From assembly GCA_002633005.1 (NCBI GenBank), contig NMRA01000135.1:366877-402300 (forward strand): a stretch of DNA of 35,424 nucleotides, read 5' to 3'. This stretch comes from Phoronis australis. Lineage: Eukaryota; Animalia; Phoronida. The notes under the pieces are model-generated. The model was not told where the DNA came from. It did not search any database and saw only the letters and a program-made list of their open reading frames with translations. The stretch's first letter is position 1. Every line of letters begins with the position of its first letter. A program made the position numbers and the translations under genes. This document shows, piece after piece, positions 10,790-22,380 of this stretch.

Positions 10790-11995
10790 TAAGGAATTCT
10801 TTAAAATTGTAGTAGAAATTACATGTTAATATTTTGATGACCTTTCCACTAATTGACCTCTTCCGGTGCATTATGAGCCTCGATGAGGGAAAAATTGTAA
10901 GCTCAATTAAAAGTGTGGTTGATGCTAAGAATCACAGATGTTTTACTTTAAGCACTTTAGAATGCAAGATGAATGAATTGGTCAAACTTTCAGAAGAAAA
11001 ATGCACCTAATGACCCTGTGAGTGCACCAAATGGCCTGAAAATTTAGAATTCATACTCAATCGCATTTAGTAAACAGATATGTAATTTTGAAGTCTCTAG
11101 CTCAAAATTTTAGTTTGCACTCAATGACCTTCGACCTATTTTTTCTGATTGGTTAAGTCTATTGCTTAGTAAAGTAGGGTGTTCAATTGGCTTGTTGATT
11201 TACACCAATGTGCTGAAATTGAAAAGAATTCCTTGAAAAATGTAGGAGATATAACATTTTGAACGTTATATGACCTTTGCACTAATTGACCCTATCCAGT
11301 GCATTATAAGCATCTTTTAGAGAATTTTTGCAAAGCCCGTGAAAAGTGTGCTTAATGCTAAGAGTCACTGTTGTCTAACAGTTGACACATCAGAATACTT
11401 GGTGAATGAAAAGGACTAATTTTCAGAAGAAAAATGCACCTAATGACCCCATGGTTGCACTAAATGACCTGAAACTTTGTATTTCGAATCGAATTGGATT
11501 TGAAGTGTCTAGCTCAAAATTTTAGTTTGCACCTAATGACATTTGACCTGTTTTATGTGATTGGATGATTCCATTACTTAGAAAAGTAATCTTTTTTGTC
11601 ATATTGACTTATACCTGTGCACTGAATTTGAAAAGATAGCTTTAAAACTGAATGAGGAGTAGCATTTTGAAAATTATATGACCTGTGCACCAAACAACCC
11701 CTTCCGGTGCAATATGGAATATGATTATATAACGAATCAAAATTTATGTACTGTCAAAAATCATATGCTGAATTTAAAGAACGTACCTGCACCCAATTTG
11801 GAGTTATTAAGCCTCAAAGTTGGTCGGAAGAAGAATAAGAAAAAAAAATAAGAATAAGAAGAATAAGAATAAAATTGAAGAAAACCCAGGAACAACAGTA
11901 CTCTGCGCTTGTTCGCGCAGAGTAATAAGAATAAGAATAAAATTGAAGAAAACCCAGGAACAACAGTACCCTGCACTTACACGCGCAGAGTAATT
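10790..11995. mobile_element. Helentron/HINE-like interspersed repeat with internal duplication
   Basis: Diverged internal direct repeat of about 430-440 bp (ttcagaagaaaaatgcacctaatgaccc near 10989 and 11422), an AAGAAT microsatellite, and a doubled terminal module with a perfect hairpin TACTCTGCGC-6nt-GCGCAGAGTA at 11899-11924; family assignment is inference. Confidence 0.5.
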
Positions 11996-13168
11996 AAACT
12001 TCAAGGACCTCTCCCAAGTTGCCAGGATACTGAAATCACAAATTTATTTTAAATGAAAATGTTGGACAATATAAACATTTCACCCCTACTGCTGTGTAAC
12101 TGATTGGTTAACTGGATTGTGTCAACCATCATAGCCGTTATCACAGATATGTCAAAATGTCCAGTCACAGCCATAATCAATTTGTCTTTTGTTTGCCCAC
12201 ACCAGGTGATGTTTTTGTTGTACTTAGTATTTTTAGAAAATTAAAGCTGTTATTATTATTATTATTGTGCAGTGCACTTGGCTAACGAGACAGAACAGTT
12301 TTGAAACTTTAAATGTTCATTTTGGTCATCACAGCCACTATCATACTCTGCATTTATATTTTTTAATTTTTGCAGCTTATGTTAATATAGTGATTGATAA
12401 AATCCAGAACTTCCTAATGTGAACTATCTTAATTCTGTATAATTTTATTTCTGAAACACTTTTAAATAGTCGTATTGTGTGGGTTAAAATGTCAACATCA
12501 CAGCCGTTATCGCAACATACTTCGTGAAAAACAAATTTTCTCATATTCTTGTTTTTCCAGCTATGTCCTCGATTAAGTTTACTGAAAATATTTTAGCTTA
12601 GCAACAACTAACCACAAGTTTTTTTCCTACCAGCTTGAATTTGAATTTCAAGCACTGATGTCACTTTTGTACACCTTAGCATGAACATACCCACATACTT
12701 TTTTAGCGCTGTACTGGAGTTTGTGCATTACACTGACTGGCCTGTCGTAAAAGTAGTTTCATAAGCCAGCTATTTTAATAGGAATTGCACTACATTTCAT
12801 TTTGAAATCAGAGGTTGTTTTCAACAATGTTTTTTTGAAATCGTGGACAAAAATAACGAAAAGCCATACATCTCACTTGCGACTTTTTGATTTTGATCTT
12901 TTTGTGCATGATTACACAGATTGGGAAGTAGTTGTTGTGAGTCCTTTGCTATATTCATTGTAGCTACAACCGGTTGCCCTATCCAGGTAAGTGGAACACA
13001 GCATAAGTTTAAGGCTTTTGCAGACTTGGTGTGGATGATGATGTGTGCGAATCTTGATCTGAGGTTTTCCAGCAGTGTGTGCGGAAAACTGACTCAAGTC
13101 TCGCAGATGACAATTTGTGGCCAAAATGTGAATCGTTTTATTTGTCTTTTTGTTTTTTGTTTTGACAG

Positions 13169-13399
13169 GAAGACTGGGATCAGTTGTTATTGTCCATTGA
13201 CAAGCAGCTAGACAGCGATGACGCCTCCTCAAAAGATGGCGGCACCAGTATGTTAGACATTCCCTTGGTTGATGCTCACACTAATGAGACGGTCACATTG
13301 AAGTCTCTACTTGGCTCTGGCAGTATCCTGTTGATACTTTTACGACATTTCGCGTGACTTCCGTGACGGGATCATGTGGCCCAAGTCTTTGAGAGACAG
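13169..13399 (+). CDS. SELENOL: Selenoprotein L coding exon 4, with two selenocysteine codons (UxxU)
   Basis: Strong acceptor (tttgacag) and donor (CAG|gtaagg); EDWDQLLLSIDKQLDSDDASSKDGGTSMLDIPLVDAHTNETVTLKSLLGSGSILLILLRHFA-U-LP-U-RDHVAQVFERQ; in-frame TGA at 13355-13357 and 13364-13366 at the CxxC position of a thioredoxin-like fold. Confidence 0.95.
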
Positions 13400-13831
13400 G
13401 TAAGGGCATACGGTAATTACTCCGTCACAACATAAATTCTTTTTTCAAAAATGGCAGTAGCAGACAGGAAAGCTTGTCAGTCCTGTCTGTGACGGGTATT
13501 ACACAAAATAAGGAACAGTTGGTGAAAAGATGTATTTTTACAGAGCAGCAGAAAAGTTTGACCTCTAACAGAGTGCAAATCCTGCATTATTTTTAATTCT
13601 TAATTTTTTGGCCTTTTCATCCAACAACTGTGTTATCCTCTTTGAGTGAAACTTAAGTTTCCATCTTGAAAGTGTCAGTTCTGACTGTTTTTGTATTTCA
13701 ATAGTGTTTGCTACCTTTTACGTGAAATTTGATTCCAGGTAATATGTATTGTATGCTTTTATTTGGTTGATTATGTTTATGCATCAAGAATATAATACAC
13801 TAATAAGCACAAGCAGTAAATTGTCTTTCAG

Positions 13832-13954
13832 GCTGAATTCACTACACGGTCCTGCAACATTTTCATAGTTTCATTTGGGGTGCGTGAGGGGGCCCTGCGT
13901 TGGATTAAGGAGACTGGCTGGCCTGGCAGAATGCTCCTTGACCAACAGCGACAG
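13832..13954 (+). CDS. SELENOL: Selenoprotein L coding exon 5
   Basis: tctttcag acceptor, AEFTTRSCNIFIVSFGVREGALRWIKETGWPGRMLLDQQRQ, CAG|gtaggt; phase 0-0. Confidence 0.93.
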
Positions 13955-14316
13955 GTAGGTGAGCTGGTGTGGCCCACAATGCCTAAACATTATTTGATAT
14001 CTATTTCTTCCTAATATTAAAATCAGTTTTGTTTCCTCTTGGCTTGCGCAAGCGACAATAAAACATTTGTGCGTCTCAAATCATTTTATTTGTGAAGTAG
14101 CGAAAGAATTATATTTTGTCAATTGTAAAAACAGAACAATGTTGCAAAAAAGATATATTAATATATCCATGTTTTGAGAACCAGTTTTTTCCACCGAATA
14201 ATGGGCTTCAAGACTGGTTCTAAAACTGTGGGCACGTTATATCTGACTATTGCCCAAAAATGAGCTTGTTCCGACAATGTACATTGGAAAAATGCAGTAT
14301 GTTACCTACAGACCTG

Positions 14317-14547
14317 AGGAGACAGTGTAGCCTAGTGTGATAGGTGCCCCCCGCCTTATATACTCGAGGTCGTGGGTTCAAGTCCCACTGGGCCACACTG
14401 CTAGACCCTTGAGTCAGGTTTCTAGCTCTCCAGCTCGGTTTTACCTGTATATTAATAAAGCACAAAAATAGTTCCAGTGCAGTGGCCCTACATGCGCGGC
14501 GCATGTCTGGTACAACGTGTACCAGACCGCCTGCAATTACTTTTTTA
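14317..14547 (+). mobile_element. tRNA-derived SINE
   Basis: A box TAGCCTAGTG (14328), B box GGTTCAAGTCC (14375) in a GTGGG/CCCAC T-arm; 10-bp target-site duplication TACAGACCTG at 14307-14316 and 14548-14557. Confidence 0.8.
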
Positions 14548-15010
14548 TACAGACCTGCCCACCTCAGAGGGGTGACTGTAGGGTTACAGTAAACAAAAAC
14601 TAAGTTTGGATGTCTTTCATTGTTGGATTTTGTATCAACTTTAAATGTGTGTCATTTTTGCATCACTTGCTAGTCGATGTGTGTCCATGAAATTCTGAAT
14701 TATTTTTCTTTTTAAAAATTGTAAGATAGGAATACTGAGTTGGAAAGGAAGCATTAGGAGCTCTTTGGTGCAAATTAAATGCAGTTGAAGAAATATACCT
14801 TGGGCATAACTACAGGAAATTTGACACCTTGGTTCTTGACATAATAGACATAAAGATTTCTTTCATGTACTCTGAAGGGATCTGTTGTCTTGATTACACT
14901 TCCATTAGTGGGGGAGGGGGTGGGGTACGGGGTGGGGTAGAGTTTGGATGATCTAAGAGGACCACCTCCCAATTGAAAGCAATTGTCCGCCCCCATTCAT
15001 TTGCTTCTGG

Positions 15011-15066
15011 CTTATTTTGGTTGTATTTCTTTTGGTTGTATTTATTTTGGTTGTATTTATTTTGGG
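15011..15066. repeat. 15-bp tandem repeat (TTATTTTGGTTGTAT), about 3.5 copies
   Basis: Direct inspection. Confidence 0.8.
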
Positions 15067-15683
15067 TAATAGTGTTCTTAACCTAATTTTTCACAAGTAA
15101 CTCAATTTCTACAACCAGACAGTTAAAAAATCACCAGTTTCATTCCACATTATAGCAATTGATTCCAGCTAGTCTTTTACTGCTGTGAAGTTATCACAAA
15201 TGCTGAAATTGCTCTGCTCCTCACATTGTACTTGGATCAGTGTTCATGATATTGAGAGTTGATGGCATTACTTGCGTTTCTTGTACAAATTTATTGAAGA
15301 AGTAAAGACGCCATGAAATTGGTCAAATTGAATGCTGAACAAAGGTAACTTAAGGTGATTTGGGCTGAAAATGTATCTTGAGTAAAGTTTTGTGTTGAAA
15401 GAAATCTGTATATTAATCTTTTCGTACCTGTCATCATTGCATTCATACCTTACAAAGGGGAATATATGGCAACAGTGATGTTCAATAAATACACAGGGAA
15501 GCTGTACACAACTAATAATTTCTCTTGAGAGTTGTAACTTCAGTTTAGCACCAGTTTATGTGGAAACATTCTGTGTGGCATTATTTAAGAATGACATCAT
15601 CTTTTGTGTTTGCAGGATTTTCTCAGTTAGTTGTACTTAGTGTCATGTGTTCATTTGACACAATTTTACTTATTTTATTTTAG

Positions 15684-15722
15684 CTTTACAAATCTGTTGG
15701 TCTCGGACGGTCTGTGTATAAG
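15684..15722 (+). CDS. SELENOL: Selenoprotein L coding exon 6a (39-nt microexon)
   Basis: attttag acceptor, LYKSVGLGRSVYK, AAG|gtatgt; phase 0-0; completes the D...LY...GL motif of the fold. Confidence 0.88.
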
Positions 15723-15759
15723 GTATGTTGTACATTTTAATTATAATATTTGATTTTAG

Positions 15760-15798
15760 CTTTACAAATCTGTTGGTCTCGGACGGTCTGTGTATAAG
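15760..15798 (+). CDS. SELENOL: Selenoprotein L exon 6b, exact tandem duplicate of 6a
   Basis: Identical 39 nt with its own attttag acceptor and gtatgt donor; 76-bp period. Confidence 0.6.
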
Positions 15799-17596
15799 GT
15801 ATGTTGTACATTTTAATTTAGGAGATGAATCTCAATCTCAATCTCTGTTTAAGTTTGCTAGTGACCATGCTGTAAACATCCTCTTTAAAAGAGATCAGGA
15901 TCGATGTGGAGAAATCTTTTGAATTTCTCCAATGTCACGTGGTCAGCTGGACCAATTCCTATCCACATACCATTATTCACAATAGGGGGATAGTTATCAT
16001 TAAATAAGAGTGACTCTATTCACTAGGTCACCTAGTGAGGGAAGTTGTTTCTTATCAGATCATATCTAAATAGAAGGCTTGAAAGCATCCAGGCTCCATT
16101 TTTCCATTTTCTTTTTGGGACATGAAAACCAATAAATCTGACGAGGAGTAAAAATTAGATTAAACAGGTTCTTGAATTTTCAATATTGGTGAAGTAATAG
16201 CAGTTTTGACAACAGTAAACAAATTACATTATTATTGTACTCAACTCAGGGGTCATGCCAATCAAACAGAACAACAAAACAAAACAATACAACTAAAAAC
16301 ACTGTCAGTCTATATTCTGACACAAGCCATTGAGCTATTCATTGGAAAGTATTCCAGTATGGCGTATAACCCAATGAACTGTATCAATACCAATAGACAC
16401 AGTGCCTGAAAGAATGGTTAAAACTGGTCCTGGTCTAGATCCTTTAAACGTAATGTTCATGACCGTGTAGACTTTCACACATGCTCGGTAATTACCTGTT
16501 GTATTACAGCAAACACTGGGCTGAGAATCATTACATATTTAATACATGTAATATGTTGCATAAAAGTACATCTAATAGATATTCATATATTGAACATGTC
16601 TGAGAGGCATTTGGCCCATTTATCTCGAATTTTAACATATGTAAAAATAATCTAATAATGAAAACTCCAACTGAGACGAACTTTTAAAAAAATTAAAACC
16701 TTATCATTGGATACATCTACTAAACTCCATGAGCTTCACCATGTAAGCCATTCTTGTGATATAGTACAAGTAACCTCGTTTAAGCTGTTGTCGCCTAATT
16801 TGTCAGTTGGCCTCATCTGTCACTTTTCTTCAAAAGTTTGTGGTTAAGCCGCTGTTCATAAGTTGTTGTTTTCTTGCACCTCATCACTCAAAAGCACAGC
16901 ACGCGACTAATCGCATGCAAATGTCTTCGCATCAACTTGTACTTAAGCTATACACTTGATCGCACACTTGTGGTCGTTCAAAAGTTTGGTGAAAAGCACT
17001 GATAATAAAAATAAAGTCACTGAAAAATTACATGTTTTTCACGTCTTAATAACCCATTCTTCAAGATAAATGTCTCTAATGGGAAATCTTTTGCACACGT
17101 TTGGTCTTTCGCATATCCCAGTAATATAGACACTATGTTCTTTTCCCGACACCAGTCACCACAATTAAAAATCTTGAAAGTAAAATACAGCGAACAACAG
17201 GCAAACTTGGTGGTAAACGTGTGCATGAATTTTAATACATGATACATTTTCAAAACCTTTAGAAAAGTCGATTCATATGGTAACGACCACTTGTTCAGTA
17301 ACATTTTCCTCAACAAATCAAACTGCACGCTGAGCTTTTACAAAAAGTTTTCCTCTAAAATTTGATGATATGGAATTTAATTTAGCCAACAATATGTTGC
17401 TATAAACTAGTATCCTAGCATATAATTTTAGTGACAAGAGACTGACGACTTGCACCTAAAGCGTCACATTGATCAGTCCTACGTTTTAGTGCGGTGATAA
17501 AAGTGATGAATGAACAAGGAAACTTGTACTGACATTTTGTGTTCACTAGCATATGTACAAACTGTACAATGATTAGCCCTGGGATTTTGTTCGTAG

Positions 17597-17695
17597 GTTT
17601 GGAGTGTAGCCGCTCTGACATTTTATGCTGAGCAGATAGCTGCGGGCAGGACGCTTCCCCAACCATTTGAAAATGTGGAAGATGATGTACATCAG
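17597..17695 (+). CDS. SELENOL: Selenoprotein L coding exon 7
   Basis: ttgttcgtag acceptor, VWSVAALTFYAEQIAAGRTLPQPFENVEDDVHQ, CAG|gtgagt; joins the next exon to give DDVHQMGGDF. Confidence 0.93.
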
Positions 17696-18645
17696 GTGAG
17701 TTGAAACCTGATGACCTGGTGATAATTTGGAAGAGTTGGAATATGGCAAGAATTCCTGACATAGGCATTTGTTGTTTTTGAAAGAAGTTGTCACTGAATG
17801 CTTCTTGGCTGCCATCTGAAACTGGGAATAGTTGATCTAACAAATAAATGCTGATATGGGCAACGTTGGCAATCCTCATGAGTAACTTGTAGAACAGATA
17901 GTTATTGCTAGGAGCAGGCGATAACTTTTTAGTGAAAATATAGTGAAAACCAAAAAGCCCCACTATAGTTCAGACTTACCTGTCAATAAACTTTTGATGC
18001 TCTTTGATCATTTACTCTTGCAATTAAGTTAAATTCTTGGACACATGTTAAAAATCATCCATTAAAGGAATGTTTTCTTGCATTGAAGGTCACATCTGTT
18101 TTGGTCAGTGACCAGTATAATTACAGTTTTGGCAATGTATTTATATAGAATATATTAATCAGAAGTAAGTCTTTCCATACATATTGCTTCTTATACTTTG
18201 TTTTTCTTCCAAAAAGTGAATAGCTTGAGCAGCTCCATTACACAACCATCGCCTGCTTACGGCATACACAGGCAAAGTATTGCCAACTACTCTGGGAGAT
18301 GCTTTCAGTACCACTGTTTTGTCTGCTGACTTTCTGACGAGAACAGTACTTTGCTCAGCAAATCCGTTCATAATCGTCACCCTTTCATGTTGTTCCATTT
18401 GCACAAATGTGGTGGACTTCGTTCAAGTTGATGTTGCCGAAGCACTTCACCGTTGCTACGTTTGGAATTAACAAGCGTCATTCAAACTCCTAGAAAGATA
18501 ATGACTTGACACTTGGCCGGGCATAATGAGTCTTGATTCGTCTGGAATTGTTCTGGTACAGCACCTGTGGACTTATGGTAGCAACCTTGTTACTTGTACT
18601 TTAGCATAGTGTTTCATTAGGCATGATATGTTATCACTCTTGTAG

Positions 18646-18753
18646 ATGGGTGGAGATTTCATACTAGACAAAGATGGCCGTTTGATTCTGTCCTACTGTA
18701 GTAAAGTTTCAACTGATAGACCGACGATGGATTCTTTACTTGACAAGCTACAG
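18646..18753 (+). CDS. SELENOL: Selenoprotein L coding exon 8
   Basis: cttgtag acceptor, MGGDFILDKDGRLILSYCSKVSTDRPTMDSLLDKLQ, CAG|gtacta donor (weak; if unspliced it reads on 20 aa to a TGA). Confidence 0.92.
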
Positions 18754-19547
18754 GTACTACATGTTAAACTTAGTCAAATTTCTTGTGATGTGTATTCATT
18801 TTTTCTGTCATATTGAAAGAAACTATATTTGCCAGATGGTGATAAGGGTTTTGTTGCACAAATTATCTACAATTCACATCTGATTTGTATGGTATTTGAC
18901 GCGTTGTTAAACTTCCTTGCGTTTATCATGCCATCAATTTACCACTCCTGTCCCCCACTACAGGATGTTCAAATGACTTGGGTAAACCCTGTCATGAGGT
19001 TTTGGATGAAATTTCATTTCGTTTTTGTCTTGTCAAACAAAATTTGATACTAGATCAAGTGGATGTATCTTTGTATGTTGAATGTTAGTAATGTTCTGTC
19101 CTCTTATTTTAAACTGAAGTGCAGCACAGGTCATGAAATTTCGGTTGACAACCGCTCAGAAAAATACATATAGCAAACCGTACTGCTAATTTTCTGTGGC
19201 AGACCAGCAGCAGACCACATTACCGACTGCAATACAGACTCTTGGCTGCCAAACAGCCAAAAGCAGAGCTGGTTTCATCACTCTTGACTGTTTTGTTAGT
19301 GAGGCGGAACGGGCTCCCGCCCATTAGCACAAGTCACTATTCATATTCTGACGTCAATTGTGACGTCTACTTGAATCTAATTGTTGGCTAATTTACGACT
19401 GGTTAGCCGAGAAATTATAACCTTTGCTGTACGACTGTTCTCTTTTTCAGTAGAATCAGATTTATTTAAAGTCCAATATAAATATTCTGGCCTTTTATTC
19501 TTATTTTCTTATCATTTTGTTGTTATTTCTGACTTTTTATATTACAG

Positions 19548-19550
19548 TGA
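19548..19550 (+). CDS. SELENOL: Selenoprotein L terminal exon 9: stop codon, then 3'UTR
   Basis: Long pyrimidine tract then attacag|TGA; conserved in the paralog; AATAAA at 19692 and 19732. Confidence 0.7.
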   Translation, partial: 

Positions 19551-19568
19551 AACTTTGTGTAGCTGTTT

Positions 19569-19630
19569 GCCACCTGTGTGACTGTCGTCTCTGAAACTTT
19601 ATAAGAGGAGATAACATGAAGTTTGGTGGC
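19569..19630 (+). promoter_or_regulatory. SECIS element, type II, GUGA variant (SelL copy B)
   Basis: Helix I GCCACC/GGTGGC (extendable by CTGTTT/GAGCAG); core GTGAC (19578)...TGAA (19617); helix II TGTCGTCTC/GAGATAACA; AAA 19594-19596; mini-helix CTT/AAG. Confidence 0.9.
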
Positions 19631-21212
19631 TGAGCAGTTGCAAGAACTACATTTTGCTGTTTGTCCTGTTCATACATAATGTAGTGTCATTAATAAATAG
19701 AGGATTTTTTATTATTTTATGTGAAACCCATAATAAATATTTGCGCAAATTGTGGGATATTCTGAACACTTTTATCTGTTGTCATAATAGTGGTGAAGTT
19801 TAATTCTGTAAAACCTTTTGTACTTTTTGAAGGTCTAGAACATTTCGTGAATGCAATAAGGTTATTTAACTTTTGCATGTTATTTGCATAATTATTTTAC
19901 ATGTATCTGTCAAGTACGTTTCTCATAGAGTGGAGAGATAGATTCCAGTTACAAGAAAATTCTTACATCTCTTGTGGCGCACATCTTACCAGGGATTGCC
20001 ATTTTTATGTTACTTATCTGTATTCATTATATTGTCCTTAGGCGTTTTTCTTCGTTATTGTAACCTCGTCTTCAGTTCACCTTTGTTCTGGCCACATTAT
20101 CGTATGTTCCAAAACTTATTTTTTACCACCCTCTTCTTCCCAGTTTTCGTCATTCTCTCGTACTTCCACGTGGCCGGTGTTTTTTATTGCCCATCTTACC
20201 CGAGATTACCATTTTTATGTTAAATTACTTATCTTTGTTCATTATATTGTAATTGTATTAGTCATAATAAATGTTCTTATATCGCCTACCTCAGTCTCCT
20301 TTTCATCTCTGGTAACGAGCTTGCGATGCACGTATCATTTATTTATTATTCAGGACATATGTCGATCATAAAAGATTGAATATGTTTACATTGTGTGCTA
20401 ACGCAATGTGGAACTCATCAAATGTAGCTAAGCCTTCAAGTAGTCCTAATAAAATAAAGTTCAAGAGGCATTGCATTTTGGTATTGGACAATTAGAGGAA
20501 CAAATTAAGCCATTAAAGAAATCAAATGGTTGACATTAGTGAACCCATAAAATGCAGATCACATCATCACTCCAAATCATGCAGAAGGTATCCAAGATGG
20601 ATTGAAGAATCCATTTATGCTTAGACTCTGAGCACAAGTGTTTGCTACGTCACTGTAGGATGGGAACCTTCAACTGACCACGATCCTAGTGAGGGGGACC
20701 AACATGTTGAGTTTTCATGCATTTTGACTTTTAAGTGAAGTGTACACTTGTTGTTTGAGTTGTCTAAATGAGAAGCCTTCTCCACTTAAACTCCGCATTG
20801 TTAAGTTACGTAAAGTACTTAATGTAACCATACTGAAATCGGATAAAAGCATTTTGTGATTTGAAACAATACCATGTTATTCACTTATTCCAATTATACG
20901 TCTCTTTGCAATTTAAGGAAACTTCAAAATCCTTTGTACTTTGGGCAGACCAGCTCAAGCCATTGGCTTGTACTTTTCTAATTGAAGATTCGTGCTTGTA
21001 CAGAGATCTTTTGAATGGAAATTAAAATTACATAGGAAGATTATAATATACAATATAAAACATGTTTATTGAGCACTGTAAGCAGTCATCATTGATAGTT
21101 ATTAATTTTATGCACACTTAAATTATCAAAGAGAGCATTGCACCCTGTGGAGGTTTGAGATATCCATTGCCTCATGTTGGCTTATCCATGTGCACACCAA
21201 GTCATTCCATTT

Positions 21213-21253
21213 TCACCTGTACGGACATCCATTTGCCCAGTGACCTCTGGCAC
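21213..21253 (-). CDS. RNF8: RNF8-like E3 ligase, terminal exon (second half of CCHC knuckle)
   Basis: ctccaccag acceptor, phase 1, (G)ARGHWANGCPYR*; completes C-FR-C-GARG-H-WANG-C; AATAAA on the minus strand at 21065-21070. Confidence 0.85.
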
Positions 21254-22380
21254 CTGGTGGAGAAAAATGACACCAAAGACTATGCATTAGTGAAGTCAAA
21301 AGTAACGGGCAAGTAGCCATCATAAATTATAGGTGACTATACACAGTGTGATATCAATCTAGAATCATTGCAAAGTTATGCTATCAGGTTAAAGATTCAG
21401 GCAGAGTGCTGCCTAGTCTTGCCACAAAGTGTATTCTCCATCCAAAACATTTATGTATCCTGCACAACACACATCCACCAACAAAAGCAACAGTGCATTT
21501 AAAAAAAAACAATTTAAAGAAGCAACACACACCTTTTGCTCATCTTTTGTAATGCCTTGCAGTAGTCACTAATAACTTTGACTAACTACATAGACTAAGA
21601 ATCGAGGAGTTTTAAGATGAACTCTCCATTATGATAAGCAAAAAATGACACATTTCACGTTAATCTACTGTCAAACACAATCCTTTAAAAGGGCATGCTG
21701 GTTCAACTTCAGAGAATATAAGTAAATAAATAAGTAAGTATAAGTAAACAAAAGAACAAGGAAATGAAGATAATAGCTCCTGAGACAGTGACAACCAAAC
21801 TTTGCTCAAGACACATTACTTCAATCACATTGGATGCTTCCAGTAAACTTTCAAATTTCACAAAATATAACACCGGTAGGTCAATTTTGTAGCCTCGAGT
21901 AAAGTTTGGTGGTTGCAGTCCTGACTCGAAGATAACAAAACCTAAAACACTGGACTCCAAATGGATTCAGTGGCATATTTCAATCTTACTATGAGAGTGG
22001 CACAATCTGCTAGCCTAACAGAAAGCCCCAATATCTAATTGGGCTTCTTTCTTAGTTTAAATTTGTGCAGGACTTGGAATGACCAATGACAAAAAAGAAG
22101 AAAAAATCCAGGTGATGTATCATTCCACAAATAAATAGGCTAGTGTGATAGAAGTATTTTTGTGTTGTAAAATTTTACTGAAATGAACATTTTTGCATAA
22201 ATAAAGTCAAAATAATGATAAAAAAGATATGAAAAATGAGAAACTGGAAATCAAAAAAGAGGAAATTGAAACCAAAAAAGAGGAAATCCTCTTAAAAGAG
22301 GAAAATTCCAAACGTTGTTTGTAGTTCAACAAAATGAGTTGTTTACATTTAAGCAAGGACTAACAATGATTTACACTTAC

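Larger units (their letters stand above)
18397..21968. repeat. Segmental duplication, copy B (partner 563-4925)
   Basis: See copy A; carries a different insertion at about 19920-20390. Confidence 0.95.

Noticed and set aside
13355-13366. Pseudogene interpretation of the in-frame TGAs
   Set aside because: Both fall at the redox CxxC positions, all downstream exons are intact, and a SECIS is present
14317-14400. tRNA gene (including tRNA-Sec)
   Set aside because: Only the T-arm and boxes are intact; no convincing acceptor or anticodon stems; the TSD indicates a SINE
17415-17963. 182-aa minus-strand ORF
   Set aside because: Antisense shadow over SelL exon 7 and introns; no motif support
21165-21215. 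Possible SECIS after the RNF8 TGA stop (ATGAC...TGAG on the minus strand)
   Set aside because: Only about 26 nt between the core halves, no apical AA at the right distance, poor helix II, and it sits immediately after the stop
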